A stretch of DNA of 61,688 bases, filler included, from Globobulimina sp. (lineage: Eukaryota): assembly GCA_003354225.1 (NCBI GenBank). It is 21 parts of 21 records of this genome, joined end to end, with 100 filler letters (N's around TTAATTAATTAA, not from the genome) between each part and the next. Parts side by side here need not be neighbours in the genome. Positions count along the whole stretch, not along the records: positions 11,779 to 14,622 come from PIVH01004653.1; positions 14,723 to 17,566 come from PIVH01004654.1; positions 17,667 to 20,509 come from PIVH01004655.1; positions 20,610 to 23,452 come from PIVH01004656.1; positions 23,553 to 26,395 come from PIVH01004657.1; 16 more parts are not named here. The stretch is one strand, 5' to 3'. The notes beneath the pieces were generated by a model. The model worked only from the letters and a program-made list of their open reading frames with translations, was not told the origin of the DNA and did no database searches. The translations under genes were made by a program, and so were the position numbers. Shown here piece by piece: positions 13,264-25,034 of this stretch (positions are counted from its first letter, which is position 1; each line of letters opens with the position of its first letter).

Positions 13264-14622
13264 TTAATCATCTGTACTGTCATTATCACCAATTTTTTGT
13301 ATACAACTAGTAATTTGATAAAGTGGTTTATACGGTTGAGCGTTTGGATCAATTTCTTTTGGCTTCACATACAATTTTGGCATGTCCTCAATACTGTGCT
13401 TGTGTTCATTTTCATGTTCATTGTCATCCGTTTCGCAATCATTTAATTTCAAAGCAATCATAATTTGTTTTTTAATATTTTCCGCAGCCACACCATCACA
13501 TTCCTTATTCAACATAATCGCGTCCACAATATCTTTGATTTTAACCGCGCCCATATCATCCTGCTGTGACTGCAATTCATCAAATAACAATTCCGCATCT
13601 TCCATAATATCATCATAATCATTTACCACATTCATAATCGCCGAGGTAAAATCTGCTAAATCTAACCTGCCTTCATCCATTAAATCCATCTCACGCAAAA
13701 TCAAAATCAACTTTCTTTTCATTTCAATTTCAGATTTTTTTAATTGCAATTCATCATTTTTCAACAATTCCGTCAACATTTTATCATCCAACAAATCAAA
13801 CGGATCAATTATTGAATGAATTCTTCCTTTTTGCGGAGCCGAACCATATATATTTACATAATGTTTCTGTTCCGCGTCCAGCTCTGGATCAACATCCTTA
13901 ACATCCTGCGACTTCGTATCATAATCCTCATATTCGTCCAATATGAATGTATAGTCAATATTGGATAAGGCAGACATATCCGACCCACTTTCATGCGTTG
14001 CATCATATCCAATGTCATCATATTTTACCGCATTCAACGCGGCATTGGCGGCCCAATTTGGTGACAACAACGTTGCATTTAAATGTGCAAATGCCTCTGT
14101 TTTATATCGTGTATGTTTCCGTTTCCGTAGCTTTATCTTCAAACTGCCAATGCTGCCAATGCCTTGTTTTAATGAATGGTTTTTAAAATGAGTGAAATGA
14201 GTCTCTCGCATTCGCAATAAATCATCATCACTAAATTCGTGATCACCATGCAATCCCATCAATGGTTCGCGTCGTTTATATAAATTATTCAAATTATTCC
14301 CTGCGCTGATCGCTCGCGACCGGCTGCTGAAAGTATTATAATTTATGGGCGCCTCCGTCAACAAATCGCACTCACTTTTGGCCATATTAATATTTGAGGT
14401 ATAACCCGTTACAGAACACATTGAATGTCTCCGCTGTAAAGATTTATTAATTTTGTTCTCTTTCAACAATTCATTGCGAATTTTATTGATGGTATCATCA
14501 TTTAATTTCGATTCATTTTCAAATAATTTATGAATCGCATCAAGTTTATCATCTTTTAAGTGTTTTATTGCCAAATTACTATCTGAATTACGACGTTTTT
14601 TGTTAGCGACAGTTGGGACACT
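13264..14622 (-). CDS. Hypothetical protein with an EF-hand-like pair, 5'-partial
   Basis: 436+ codon ORF; LREMDLMDEGRLDLADF EF-hand-like loop and a second degenerate loop. Confidence 0.55.
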   Translation of the reverse strand, partial: SVPTVANKKRRNSDSNLAIKHLKDDKLDAIHKLFENESKLNDDTINKIRNELLKENKINKSLQRRHSMCSVTGYTSNINMAKSECDLLTEAPINYNTFSSRSRAISAGNNLNNLYKRREPLMGLHGDHEFSDDDLLRMRETHFTHFKNHSLKQGIGSIGSLKIKLRKRKHTRYKTEAFAHLNATLLSPNWAANAALNAVKYDDIGYDATHESGSDMSALSNIDYTFILDEYEDYDTKSQDVKDVDPELDAEQKHYVNIYGSAPQKGRIHSIIDPFDLLDDKMLTELLKNDELQLKKSEIEMKRKLILILREMDLMDEGRLDLADFTSAIMNVVNDYDDIMEDAELLFDELQSQQDDMGAVKIKDIVDAIMLNKECDGVAAENIKKQIMIALKLNDCETDDNEHENEHKHSIEDMPKLYVKPKEIDPNAQPYKPLYQITSCIQKIGDNDSTDD

Positions 14623-14722
14623 NNNNNNNNNNNNNNNNNNNNNNNNNNNNNNNNNNNNNNNNNNNNTTAATTAATTAANNNNNNNNNNNNNNNNNNNNNN
14701 NNNNNNNNNNNNNNNNNNNNNN

Positions 14723-17566
14723 AAATCGCTGATAATACCTTCAAATAATATTAAATCTTGAGATAAAAACTTGGGTACATTGGCATCACACAAAGCACGC
14801 AGTAATATTAACTCTTCATCTTTATTTGGAAACTTCTTCTTCAAATTGCCAGCTTGCACAATCACCGATTTTACTGCTCGCATACCATAATCATAGTGAT
14901 CTTGCGACGATAACTGCTCTGAGCATAAAGTAAAGGTCGCCACCATTTTCTTAGATAACGGCTCAGCTCTATTAAAACCATACGAATATAACATGATCTC
15001 CGCAATCAATGCGTAATCGGGCACCATCATCGCAACGGGGCGGAATAACGCGACTAAGTTGTCAGGCAATTCTGTACGCCCCGCATAGCCTGGATTCATT
15101 GTAATAAATGTGCAGCAGGTTGGATTTAATGAGATCTCCGTTTCTTCGAAAATAAAGGATTTCTTTTTAGCTTTGATCGCGTTCCATATCGATGATATTT
15201 GCTGGGCCACAACGGACAAAACCTCAATGTCAATACGATTAAACTCATCAAAACAGGCCCAGGCTCCGCTCATAGCTAAGCCTTTGAAAAACTTGGCCAT
15301 CGCTAAATGGTCCAAACTATCCGAACAGTTAAACACCACACATTGTTTAGCAACATTTTTCGCCAAATCCTTGACTGTTTCAGTCTTACCAGTCCCGGCT
15401 GGCCCTGCTGGTGCACCGCCTAAATGTAATTGCAATGCGCCCATTAACGTCATATAACAGCGCTCAGTCAGCGGTGTGATCACTAATCGGAATGAGTTGC
15501 CTTGATATTCATAGCCATATGGAAAGGCTGCTTGCACCATTTTTACAATGATCACATCTTCTTTGCTTAATACGGAGGCTTCTTCCTCCTCCTTTTCCTC
15601 TTTCGAAGGGGTTTCTAAGTAGTATCTCAATTGGGAGACCCACATGAAATCATTGATGGAATCTACATTCTCGCCGACCATGTTTTTAACTGTATTTAAA
15701 TTATGCACATCCAATACAATTAAAGCACCCACATTTATTCGCACCAATTTGTCTAATTTACCTCGAACCATTTCAACCGTTTTATCCATATCAGCTTGCA
15801 TTCGCTCTCGGTATTTGCAAATACCTTTATTGCCTTCACTAAGTAACGCATGCTCCACTTCCTTAGTCCAGGCCACCTGCGACATGGTTAGGACACATTG
15901 ACCGTAGGTCCGCTTGACCCATTCTGTCCGCTTGGTGGATTTATCAAAATAATCTCTATATGACTTGTTTAATTGCGTTTGCAACGACATTTGCATCATA
16001 TTCTCAACCTGTTCTAACCAGCACTCAACCTGTGATTGGGTGGGATCTATGGCCTCATTAAAGGGGAATTCTTCGCCGGAGGTGGAATACATGGCAGTGA
16101 TTTGCAAATTGTCATCGAATTTTAGTTTTTTTATCGACTCAAAACATTTTTTAATGTGCGGTTGTACGGCTTTTACATCTTTGGTTTGCGATAATATTTG
16201 CAATAATTCATCGTCAGATAAGAAATAAAACCTTGCAAAGGCAACACGTTTTGTATTCAAATAATCCGATAATGCTTTCTGTACTTGATCTAAAACGCGA
16301 GTGGCATCTCTAAATTTTAATAGCAACGCATCATTATCGGCAAATATCAAGACATTTGCATTTTTTTTACAATTTTCCATCGTTTGCCTCCAAAATCTGT
16401 CCACACCGTTAAATTTCTTGCCTTCCACAGGTAATTGTTTCATAATATCTGCAGAATCGAATATAGGTTGTAAGTGTAACCAATTCCGTTGCACCATTAA
16501 CCATTCATCGATCACCTCCGATATTAATGATAATTTTGCGTCCCAACATTTTATTCGATCTTCGAATGGTCCCTTAAAAGCACTGAATTGCATAGCTTGC
16601 GTAGTCACGCGATGCTCATCCAATTGCTGCATAATGTCATCCACTTCTAATAAGCGATACGTTTTAGTCTTTTTGTATGGATCCACTGTAAACCGTACCC
16701 CTTTCCATTCATCTTCCATTTTATCCAAAGCTTTTTCAATTTGGAATTCCTTGGCGGCTTTCTCGCCTTCTTTGATAATAATAGTTATATTTTCTTTACA
16801 ATCCAATTCTATGTCTAATGCTTTCTGCAAATTGAAATCTTTATCATTAAATACATCCAATTCAATATATAATTTATTGGATAATGTGTTCCAATGTCTA
16901 TCCCTCATTCCTTCATTGGCCAAACTAGTAATAATTGGCATTTGTGGTTTAAATCTCTCAATTTTAGCAAATATATCTTGTGCTACACCGCTGACCCCGG
17001 TGTTATTTTTAATATGCTGCGAACGCAAACATTTATTGACAGATCGTCGATAAACTTCGACATCTTTCTCAATTTTATAGGGATCAATGGACAAAAATGA
17101 TTCATTCATACATTTATAATAGGTTTTATTCCATGAATCAGCACTGGACCATAACGATAAAAATGGATCAAATTTCTTTTGTTCTTGTCCGATCTCTTTG
17201 TACTCAGTTAATTCCACTTCAAAAGCGGCCTCTTTATTATTAAAAACAACCGCTTCTGCTTGTAAATGTTGTAATTTTTGATGCAAATTCCTGGCTTTAA
17301 TGGCAATTTTGGTGGTTTGGGTGACATCCGTTAATTGATTAAATTCGTCAATTTCCTGTTTTGCATCTTCAAAATCAGCCGAAAACTGAGCTTGTTGTTC
17401 TTTTAATTGTTGATAATATTTTTTCTTATCATCGGTCATATTTGTATTCACTTTCAATATTTCATCATTAATTGTTTTGGCACGGCCAAAGGTTTGCCAT
17501 TTTAAGCGGAAATCATTGGCATCTAAGTTATGATTAAATTCTTCCAATAAATCAAAATATTCTATG
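14723..17566 (-). CDS. Axonemal dynein heavy chain (inner-arm type), linker + AAA1 fragment
   Basis: RLVITPLTERCY, GPAGTGKTETVKDL, CFDEFNRI, MNPGYAGRTELPDN and LSSQDHYDYGMRAVKSV. Confidence 0.97.
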
Positions 17567-17666
17567 NNNNNNNNNNNNNNNNNNNNNNNNNNNNNNNNNN
17601 NNNNNNNNNNTTAATTAATTAANNNNNNNNNNNNNNNNNNNNNNNNNNNNNNNNNNNNNNNNNNNN

Positions 17667-18084
17667 TACGGAATACATTGAAAAATCGTCGATAGCAAAA
17701 TAGTTCAAAAGGCCAACGACGTCATTTGATTGCATGGACGATGAAACAGCAAAGTATTTTGTGAATAATGTTAGATTATTTATCAATGCGTCATATTATT
17801 ATATCTCATATCTTATAACATGTAAATCAAACAAACATACGTTTATTATAATGTGTATAGCAATTTTATGTAGTTTTATTGGAGAATGGTTGTCTGGCAT
17901 TACACTGTGTGCATTATTATTAATTGCTATATTTACAATTCCATATTTGTATAAAAATAACTCCAAATCAATTCAATTCTATTCATATCCAATCAGCGGC
18001 TTATTATTGTTTATTTTTTTTAAATTCAAGGAGTTGATAGTAACGATATTAAGCAGTAACACTGTGAAAGTGAAAAAAAAATAA
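17667..18084 (+). CDS. Reticulon-like membrane protein, C-terminal fragment
   Basis: Hydrophobic hairpin ILCSFIGEWLSGITLCALLLIAIFTIPYLYKNN resembles the end of a reticulon domain; C-terminal KVKKK. Confidence 0.5.
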
Positions 18085-18225
18085 GGACTGATAAATTTGC
18101 ATTGTGTGCAAGGATAATAATTATACTGTTCGATATTTATAATTTTGATAATATCCAACACCTTTAAATTGCAAAACTTTTTTTGAAGTGATCTGGTTAT
18201 CATTTGTCAGCATAAATGTATAATT

Positions 18226-20217
18226 ATGCAATTGCGCATGCTACGATTATTCTACATATCAATTGCTACGAAAACGACAACCACAGCAAGCAACGTAGCG
18301 AATAGCGCGCGCGCTGCACGACTCATAAAAGATATCGATAAAACTAATAAGCAAACAAATAATGGACAAAAGAATGAAACTAATGTTGAAAAAGCATTTG
18401 AAATCTATAATAAAATTGATGGAATCAGAAATCATTTTGCAATAAATGCATTCATATCAGTTTGTTTGCATTTTAATTGCAGTGACAAAGTTCTGTTGAT
18501 TTGGAATGATCTGAAACAACAAAATGATATTTCATATGTATTACTATTAAAATGTTGTACCTATTCAAATGCGTTTGATACTAATCATTTAACACAAATT
18601 ATGGAATGGATTAAATATATAAATTATGAATTTAAGACAGAAAATGATTTGAAAATGTATTCAATTTGTGTTTCAAAGTTAATTGCAAATAAATGTGAAA
18701 CTAATAAAGAATTAAAATATATTCATTCGTTGATTAGTAATAATAATAATAATATTTACATTAAAACTGCATTAATAAATGGTTATGGCCGATTTGGTAA
18801 TATGGCAGATGCACAAAAAGTATTTGATTCAGTCAGTGATGATAAAAAAGATGTTGTTATTATTGGAGCAATGATGAAAAGTTTAATGCAGAATCGATTT
18901 AATACACAAGTTCTAACCATTTATAATCAATTTAATTCATTACATAATGACATATTACATTTAATTGCCATTCAAACCTGTGTTAATATGAATGATTTCC
19001 ATAAAGGAGAATTTATAATTTATAATTTGGAAAGATATCGATCGATATCATTGAATGTAATGAATATAAAGCTTAAAACAACGTTGATCGATTTTTATGG
19101 GCATTTTGGATGTATTGAAGAAGCAAAACAGGTCTTTAATTCCATCGGAATTGATGCATTAAATACAGTTTGCATCAATGCAATGATAAAGTGTTTGGTG
19201 AATAATAAATATAATCAGCAAGCATTGATATTTTATGATAAATACCCTCTGCACAATGACATTACAAATTTATTTGCCATCAAAGCGTGCATAAATAATA
19301 ATAGTTTTGAGAAAGGACTGGATATTATTAATATTAATCAGTGCCGTGATGAAAGTACAAGTATTGCATTAAAAACAACATTGATTGCATTTTATGGCCA
19401 TTTTAATGATATCAGCAGTGCTATGAAAATATTTGATTCCATCAGTAACGAAAATAAAACAATCGTAACAGTGACTGAAATGATGCATACTTATTGTAAT
19501 TGTGAAATGTATGAAGAATGTATTCAATTATTTAATAATTATAATTCTAAATATAATTCTAAATTGGTCCCAGATGTTATGTATTATGCAAACATATTAC
19601 GAGCATGTACTCAGTCTATGTCATATGATATAGGTTTACAAATACATAATGATTTAAAGCAAAGCAAGCAATCATTCTTAAATGATTGCATTATTCAGGT
19701 GAGTTTAATTAATTTTTATGGGAAATGTGGTAAATTGGTAGCATGTAAACAATTGTTTGATGCAATAAATGAAAATAAGAAAGACACGGCGATTTGCAAT
19801 GCAATGATAAATTGTTTTGGGCTGAATGGTGATTCAAAGAATAGCAAGAAAATATATGATGAATTGCAATGTGTGCCGGATCGAAACACATTTATATATT
19901 TAATAAATGCATTCAATCATGATTTATATTGCGGTGATTTGAAAGATGTAATCAAAATTTGGCAAAATGAAATAATTGATATGAATATAAAATATGATTC
20001 TTATTTAGTTACGACTTTAATTGATTGTTTATTGAGAAGAGGTGATTTGATTAAGGCTTACGATTTGATTGAGGAATATGAGCATAATAAATTGTGTAAT
20101 CATACAAACGATGAGTTTATGTGGATTGCATTGTTAACTGCTTGCAGAAAATATGAAAACAATGAATTAACTCAAGTCGTCTATAAAGAAATGAAAACAA
20201 AAAATTTTAGCAATTGA
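18226..20217 (+). CDS. PLS-class-like pentatricopeptide repeat protein ending in an S2/E1-like motif; possible organellar targeting peptide
   Basis: Repeats TALINGYGRFGNMADAQKVFD, TTLIDFYGHFGCIEEAKQVFN, SLINFYGKCGKLVACKQLFD; C-terminal LIDCLLRRGDLIKAYDLI...MWIALLTACRKY. Confidence 0.88.
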   Translation: MQLRMLRLFYISIATKTTTTASNVANSARAARLIKDIDKTNKQTNNGQKNETNVEKAFEIYNKIDGIRNHFAINAFISVCLHFNCSDKVLLIWNDLKQQNDISYVLLLKCCTYSNAFDTNHLTQIMEWIKYINYEFKTENDLKMYSICVSKLIANKCETNKELKYIHSLISNNNNNIYIKTALINGYGRFGNMADAQKVFDSVSDDKKDVVIIGAMMKSLMQNRFNTQVLTIYNQFNSLHNDILHLIAIQTCVNMNDFHKGEFIIYNLERYRSISLNVMNIKLKTTLIDFYGHFGCIEEAKQVFNSIGIDALNTVCINAMIKCLVNNKYNQQALIFYDKYPLHNDITNLFAIKACINNNSFEKGLDIININQCRDESTSIALKTTLIAFYGHFNDISSAMKIFDSISNENKTIVTVTEMMHTYCNCEMYEECIQLFNNYNSKYNSKLVPDVMYYANILRACTQSMSYDIGLQIHNDLKQSKQSFLNDCIIQVSLINFYGKCGKLVACKQLFDAINENKKDTAICNAMINCFGLNGDSKNSKKIYDELQCVPDRNTFIYLINAFNHDLYCGDLKDVIKIWQNEIIDMNIKYDSYLVTTLIDCLLRRGDLIKAYDLIEEYEHNKLCNHTNDEFMWIALLTACRKYENNELTQVVYKEMKTKNFSN

Positions 20218-20313
20218 GGCCATTCAAACAAAAAAAAATCAACATAGGTAATATTATTTGATTGAATTTGTATTGACGATGTTGATTTTTTTTTTGTTTG
20301 AATGGCCTCAATT
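20212..20313. repeat. 34/35-bp inverted repeat with a 33-nt loop (hairpin or MITE-like)
   Basis: AATTGAGGCCATTCAAAC(A9)TCAACAT at 20212-20245 and ATGTTGA(T10)GTTTGAATGGCCTCAATT at 20279-20313. Confidence 0.93.
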
Positions 20314-20616
20314 TACCAATTTTAAATCTTGATAACTTAGCAAAAGTAAAAAAAATGATAAAATGTATTCAAATCGCTCCAAATCGTAAAATTCCGACGA
20401 AAGTTTCGCAGAATCACCACAAAATCATCAGAATTCTTAGTTAATTTGGATTAAAGACTTTTTTTTAGGAGACATATTGAAAGGACCTAAACTACAGTGT
20501 GTGGCATCANNNNNNNNNNNNNNNNNNNNNNNNNNNNNNNNNNNNNNNNNNNNTTAATTAATTAANNNNNNNNNNNNNNNNNNNNNNNNNNNNNNNNNNN
20601 NNNNNNNNNTACAGTG

Positions 20617-21714
20617 TCAAAAATCAATATCATTATTTGCATCTTTCTTTTGTTCTTTGGTATATTGGGGAGTAGACTCAGTAGTGCTGTTTGCTGCATG
20701 TTGTGTGACTTTATTCTTATGCTTTTGTGTTCTAATTTATATAAACAAAGACAATTAACATTCATATCTATGGTATACATATAACAAACCGGAGATGTTG
20801 CCGATAATATTCTATTCGCGTAAACTGTGCACGACATTGTTTACATTCATATTGGATGGCTGTCGAATGGGTCAATTCATGATAATTTTTGTGCGATATA
20901 GTCTTGAATCGTTTGGGACAATATTGACATTGAAACTGTTTTTCTATCACAGAATTATTCTCATTTCCCTTATGTTCACCTAAACCGTCATCCATTGCAG
21001 ATGATGCTGCTGAAACATTATGATTATTACCATCCATTATCACATCTTCTGATACAGCAGATTCTTTATCCTGTGTTTCTAATTTGTTATCATTCAAAAT
21101 AACTCTATACAAAGTTCAAAAACGTGTTTGTATTTATATAATATACAAAAGCAACAACATAACTGTAATAATTGCTGCGTTGTTTTATATTTCATATTTT
21201 GTGCCAATAATAATGTATTTTGCTGTTGCAATCCTTTGATTTCTTTCTGAAATCTTTTTATTTGAATATGATGTTCCTGTTTCAAAATCTTTTCTCTTTC
21301 TTTATATTTTTGCCGTATTTTCTGCTTTGTTTCTTTAATAAAATCCATATTCTTAGTTTCCTTTTTATCATTCGATAGCTTTGGTTTTTTGGGTGATGCA
21401 ATCTTATCGGTGTAACTTCTTTGCCTTTTTCGTGTTGGTTTGTTGTTGTTGTTGTTATTGGTATTATTTATTGAGATTGATTCTTGCAGCCATTCACATT
21501 GATTTGTTAAATCACTGTCACATATTTCACATTTGTTTAAAAATGCATCGTTCCTACAACTACACATGCAACAAATCCATAATAAATTGTAATTACCGGT
21601 ATCATTTGCTACATTCCGAGTGCGCAACGGTGTCATATCCAGACTGATAATATCATTACGAATATTTGAGACTGTTGCTTTATTATCATTTGCTGTTTTA
21701 ATTGATTCTGACAT
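20617..21714 (-). CDS. RanBP2-type + two C2H2 zinc finger protein; introns 21105-21163 and 20732-20789
   Basis: WICCMCSCRNDAFLNKCEIC; FQCQYCPKRF...HELTH; YECKQC...HLR|TQKH completed by splicing. Confidence 0.8.
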
Positions 21715-21903
21715 TTTTGTTGGTTCACTTCAAACAAACATTTTCGTCAATTTTAAGATCACACCATAGTCCAAACGCTGTTGAATACATAGTCCTATCA
21801 TACATTACACATAACAAGTTAGAAATATTCTCTTTAATCTGATACATACAGAATTTATCACAATGTTTCTGTTATATAAAAAAAACAAAAAAAAGAGAGT
21901 GAT

Positions 21904-23085
21904 ATGATTATCTTAGTTTGTATCGGCTTGGCATCGTTGATATCGTTTGCGGTCAGCTTAGAGAATCCGGATTGTCAACGGATTCGGCAGCCATGGCACG
22001 CTCAAACAGATGAAGAGAAGAACTTATTCGTGTCTGGCTTATTAGAATTGCGTAAAAGAGGGCAAGGTTCGGTGGAATCTGACGAATTTATCAATATCGC
22101 GTCGGTTTTTGATGATTCTACAAAAGTGCCCAAAGCAGGGAGCTCGGCCTACTTATTCTGGCATGGTTACCTTGTCTGGGAGTTGGAGTCTCGTATTCGA
22201 AATCTCGATGGGAAATGGAAATGTTTCGGTATGCCATATTGGGATTTTGCGCAAGAAGCGGGCCGGGAACATAATGCGGTGATATTTGGGCGTGCCATAG
22301 CCCGCGAGATTGGCGGTAATGGCGACCCGGATAACCATTGGGCAGTAAATGAGTGGTCGTGGGACGTGGCGGTGCGAGAATATTGGGTACCAAATGAGTG
22401 CAGTTCGCCCACTGACAAATATCCGAAATGCTCTTTAAAACGGTCCTTACGCACTGCCGACGAGAAATGGTCAATGCCGACTGGAGAAAGCATCGGCAAA
22501 TTATTTCAAAAAAAGAAATTTTCAGATTTCGCGCCGGCGTATTCTAAATTGAGCGCATCAGCCATTAATTTAATCGACGCGCATATCGGCGAGAAAGCGC
22601 TCAAAAAACATAATTATGCGTACGATCCGTTGTGGTGGCTGTTTCATAGTAGCATCCAATTACATTTTGCGTTGTGGCAAGACTGCAATGGCTATTTGGA
22701 TATCGATATGAAAGAATTAGAGAAACATTCGGATGCGTTTAGCACAGTGAGTGACGGCATCGGTTTGGATGATGCCTTTGTGTTTGAGGGCGCCTTAAAA
22801 GGCAAGAAATGGAGTTATATCAATTCAAATGATGTGACCGTGCGTGGAATGTATTGGATGCCGTCTTGGAATATCAGATATGACTTAGATAACGGAGAGG
22901 GTTTTTGGACGCTATCTGGTGTCGGCTCTCAATGCAAAGAGAAACTAAATACCGAGTATTTTATTGTGGAGCGCTTAGATATGAGTTCCGAGCATTGGTC
23001 TACGCATTGGATGTTTGATGTGGTTGTTGATGGCCTCGCTGTGGTTTTAGTGGTTGGCTTTATGAAATATTCAAAATTAATTTAA
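21904..23085 (+). CDS. Tyrosinase-fold membrane-anchored protein with incomplete copper sites
   Basis: Signal peptide; YLFWHGYLVWELESRIR, MPYWDF and YDPLWWLFHS motifs; C-terminal hydrophobic segment. Confidence 0.8.
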   Translation: MIILVCIGLASLISFAVSLENPDCQRIRQPWHAQTDEEKNLFVSGLLELRKRGQGSVESDEFINIASVFDDSTKVPKAGSSAYLFWHGYLVWELESRIRNLDGKWKCFGMPYWDFAQEAGREHNAVIFGRAIAREIGGNGDPDNHWAVNEWSWDVAVREYWVPNECSSPTDKYPKCSLKRSLRTADEKWSMPTGESIGKLFQKKKFSDFAPAYSKLSASAINLIDAHIGEKALKKHNYAYDPLWWLFHSSIQLHFALWQDCNGYLDIDMKELEKHSDAFSTVSDGIGLDDAFVFEGALKGKKWSYINSNDVTVRGMYWMPSWNIRYDLDNGEGFWTLSGVGSQCKEKLNTEYFIVERLDMSSEHWSTHWMFDVVVDGLAVVLVVGFMKYSKLI

Positions 23086-23593
23086 ATTCTATCTATTCTA
23101 TAATTATCTTATCTTATCTTATTACTACTTATTACGAGACACTTATATATTTACTGATTTTTATCTTTTTTGCTATGTGTTTTCCTTAAATTCTATTCCA
23201 TTTATATTCGATACACATTCCTAGTTAGAAATTTACGGAATTTTCTTGCTTTTATGGCATTGCTGGCTAGTTTCACTAACACATTAGACATTGGAAAATA
23301 TTTTTAGAATTTTTAGAATTTTAAAATATTTAACGATGAATATTTGAAATCAGCCATATCTAACCTTAAATTATTCAATATATGGCAACGTCCATTTTTG
23401 TTGATTACTTCCAGTACAGATCCATATTTTGCAGCTCCTTCTTCATACTCGGNNNNNNNNNNNNNNNNNNNNNNNNNNNNNNNNNNNNNNNNNNNNTTAA
23501 TTAATTAANNNNNNNNNNNNNNNNNNNNNNNNNNNNNNNNNNNNNNNNNNNNATGGTCCAATGACTTCAGAAAAAACTCTTTGGTTAATTTAA

Positions 23594-24238
23594 ATGAGCG
23601 CAGTCTGTAAAAGGGTGTTGCGTAATATTGTATTGGTTAAAACACATCATCGGTTACATACATACTCTCACACTACAAAATTTATGAAATCAGCTCCGAG
23701 ATTTTTAAAGAAAGCAATACCAATGTTACATTTGGAAGAAAACGATGTATTTTTAGATATAGGATGTGGTGATGGAGCTGTGATTGGTGAAGTGTTGCGA
23801 ATGGGGTATCGGCCAAATAAAATTGTTGGTATAGAAGTGTGTGAAACGTTAACAGAAATATGTAAAACAAATGTGTTACAAGAAAAAAGACAGTTGAATA
23901 TTGATGATAATGATATGGATATTTGTATATTTAATGGTCGATTTGAAAATTTATTGACTGGACATTCCAAAGTTAATTGGCAAATGCATGTACATGAAAT
24001 TAACAAAGTATATTTTTTTTTAGATAAAGGTTGTACTGAGATTTTAGGACCAATTCTAAATGAAATGTTTAAACCTGATACGTTGATTATAAGTTGTGAT
24101 TTTCCGATAGATTCAAAATATTTAAGAATAGAAAATGAATTAAATGATAAAGTTGAAACAAATATAAAACAACGATTAAAGTTAGAATGTAAATATATTG
24201 TTGGAGATACGGACTTATTCGCTTATAAAGTCGTTTGA
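23594..24238 (+). CDS. Class I SAM-dependent methyltransferase (FAM173/DOT1-like)
   Basis: VFLDIGCGDG motif I, IVGIEV motif II, LIISCDFPI. Confidence 0.8.
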   Translation: MSAVCKRVLRNIVLVKTHHRLHTYSHTTKFMKSAPRFLKKAIPMLHLEENDVFLDIGCGDGAVIGEVLRMGYRPNKIVGIEVCETLTEICKTNVLQEKRQLNIDDNDMDICIFNGRFENLLTGHSKVNWQMHVHEINKVYFFLDKGCTEILGPILNEMFKPDTLIISCDFPIDSKYLRIENELNDKVETNIKQRLKLECKYIVGDTDLFAYKVV

Positions 24239-24327
24239 TCCTTTCCTTGATATAAAAAAGATTGATTTGAATAGCTAAAGAATATATATAATTCTGTAAC
24301 AAGAGTTTTTGATCTGCATAGTTGATA

Positions 24328-24981
24328 ATGGCAGTGTCATCAACAAAGAAGTTAAATTGTTTGGTCGATGGATATTTGAAATCAAATATTATGCAACATA
24401 CTAGTAGTTGCTATGAAACATCTTTGGCCGCTATGATTGAGCAATACTTGACAGATTTGATAATGAGATTCTGCAAGAAATTATTTGATTCAACAGATAT
24501 GAAATTGGTTAATGATCATTATGTAACAGTAATTTGTGGATGTGGTACTACCGCACTTATTGATTTCCCAATGGATGCGAATGATAAATCAATAAAATAT
24601 AAATGGAGTATAAAATTAATTGGCAAATATTTTCCAAATTATCATTATTTTATTGGAATGACAACAAACCGTTTAAAAAAATTCAATACATCTTCTAACA
24701 AAGATTCTGGTGATTGGACAGGAATTAAAGGTAGTGTTTGTCTGCCTCTTGTATTGGGTGAGCAATATAAATCTGCGAAGAAAGGATACGCGTGCAAAAG
24801 TAATGGGATTTTAACACTTGAATATGATGGTAACTGCAGAGAATTGAAATTTTCAGCATACAATTCAAACAAAGTTGATCTTATTTTAAAAATACCAGAT
24901 GTACTTCCTCAGGGTATAACTCATTGGTATCCTGTAATATCATTATGCAGCATAGGAGATTCTGCAGAAATTATTTTTTAG
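24328..24981 (+). CDS. N-terminal box motif + SPRY/B30.2-like domain protein
   Basis: LVDGYLK motif; YKWSIKL, FIGM, ILTLEYD...ELKF and WYPVISL SPRY-like strands. Confidence 0.6.
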   Translation: MAVSSTKKLNCLVDGYLKSNIMQHTSSCYETSLAAMIEQYLTDLIMRFCKKLFDSTDMKLVNDHYVTVICGCGTTALIDFPMDANDKSIKYKWSIKLIGKYFPNYHYFIGMTTNRLKKFNTSSNKDSGDWTGIKGSVCLPLVLGEQYKSAKKGYACKSNGILTLEYDGNCRELKFSAYNSNKVDLILKIPDVLPQGITHWYPVISLCSIGDSAEIIF

Positions 24982-25034
24982 TTTGTCTTTGCAAACATTT
25001 CCCATAACACGCGTTATATCAAAAATGTCAATAA

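Noticed and set aside
15110-17100. Plus-strand ORFs up to 250 aa opposite dynein
   Set aside because: They are antisense shadows of a conserved coding frame.
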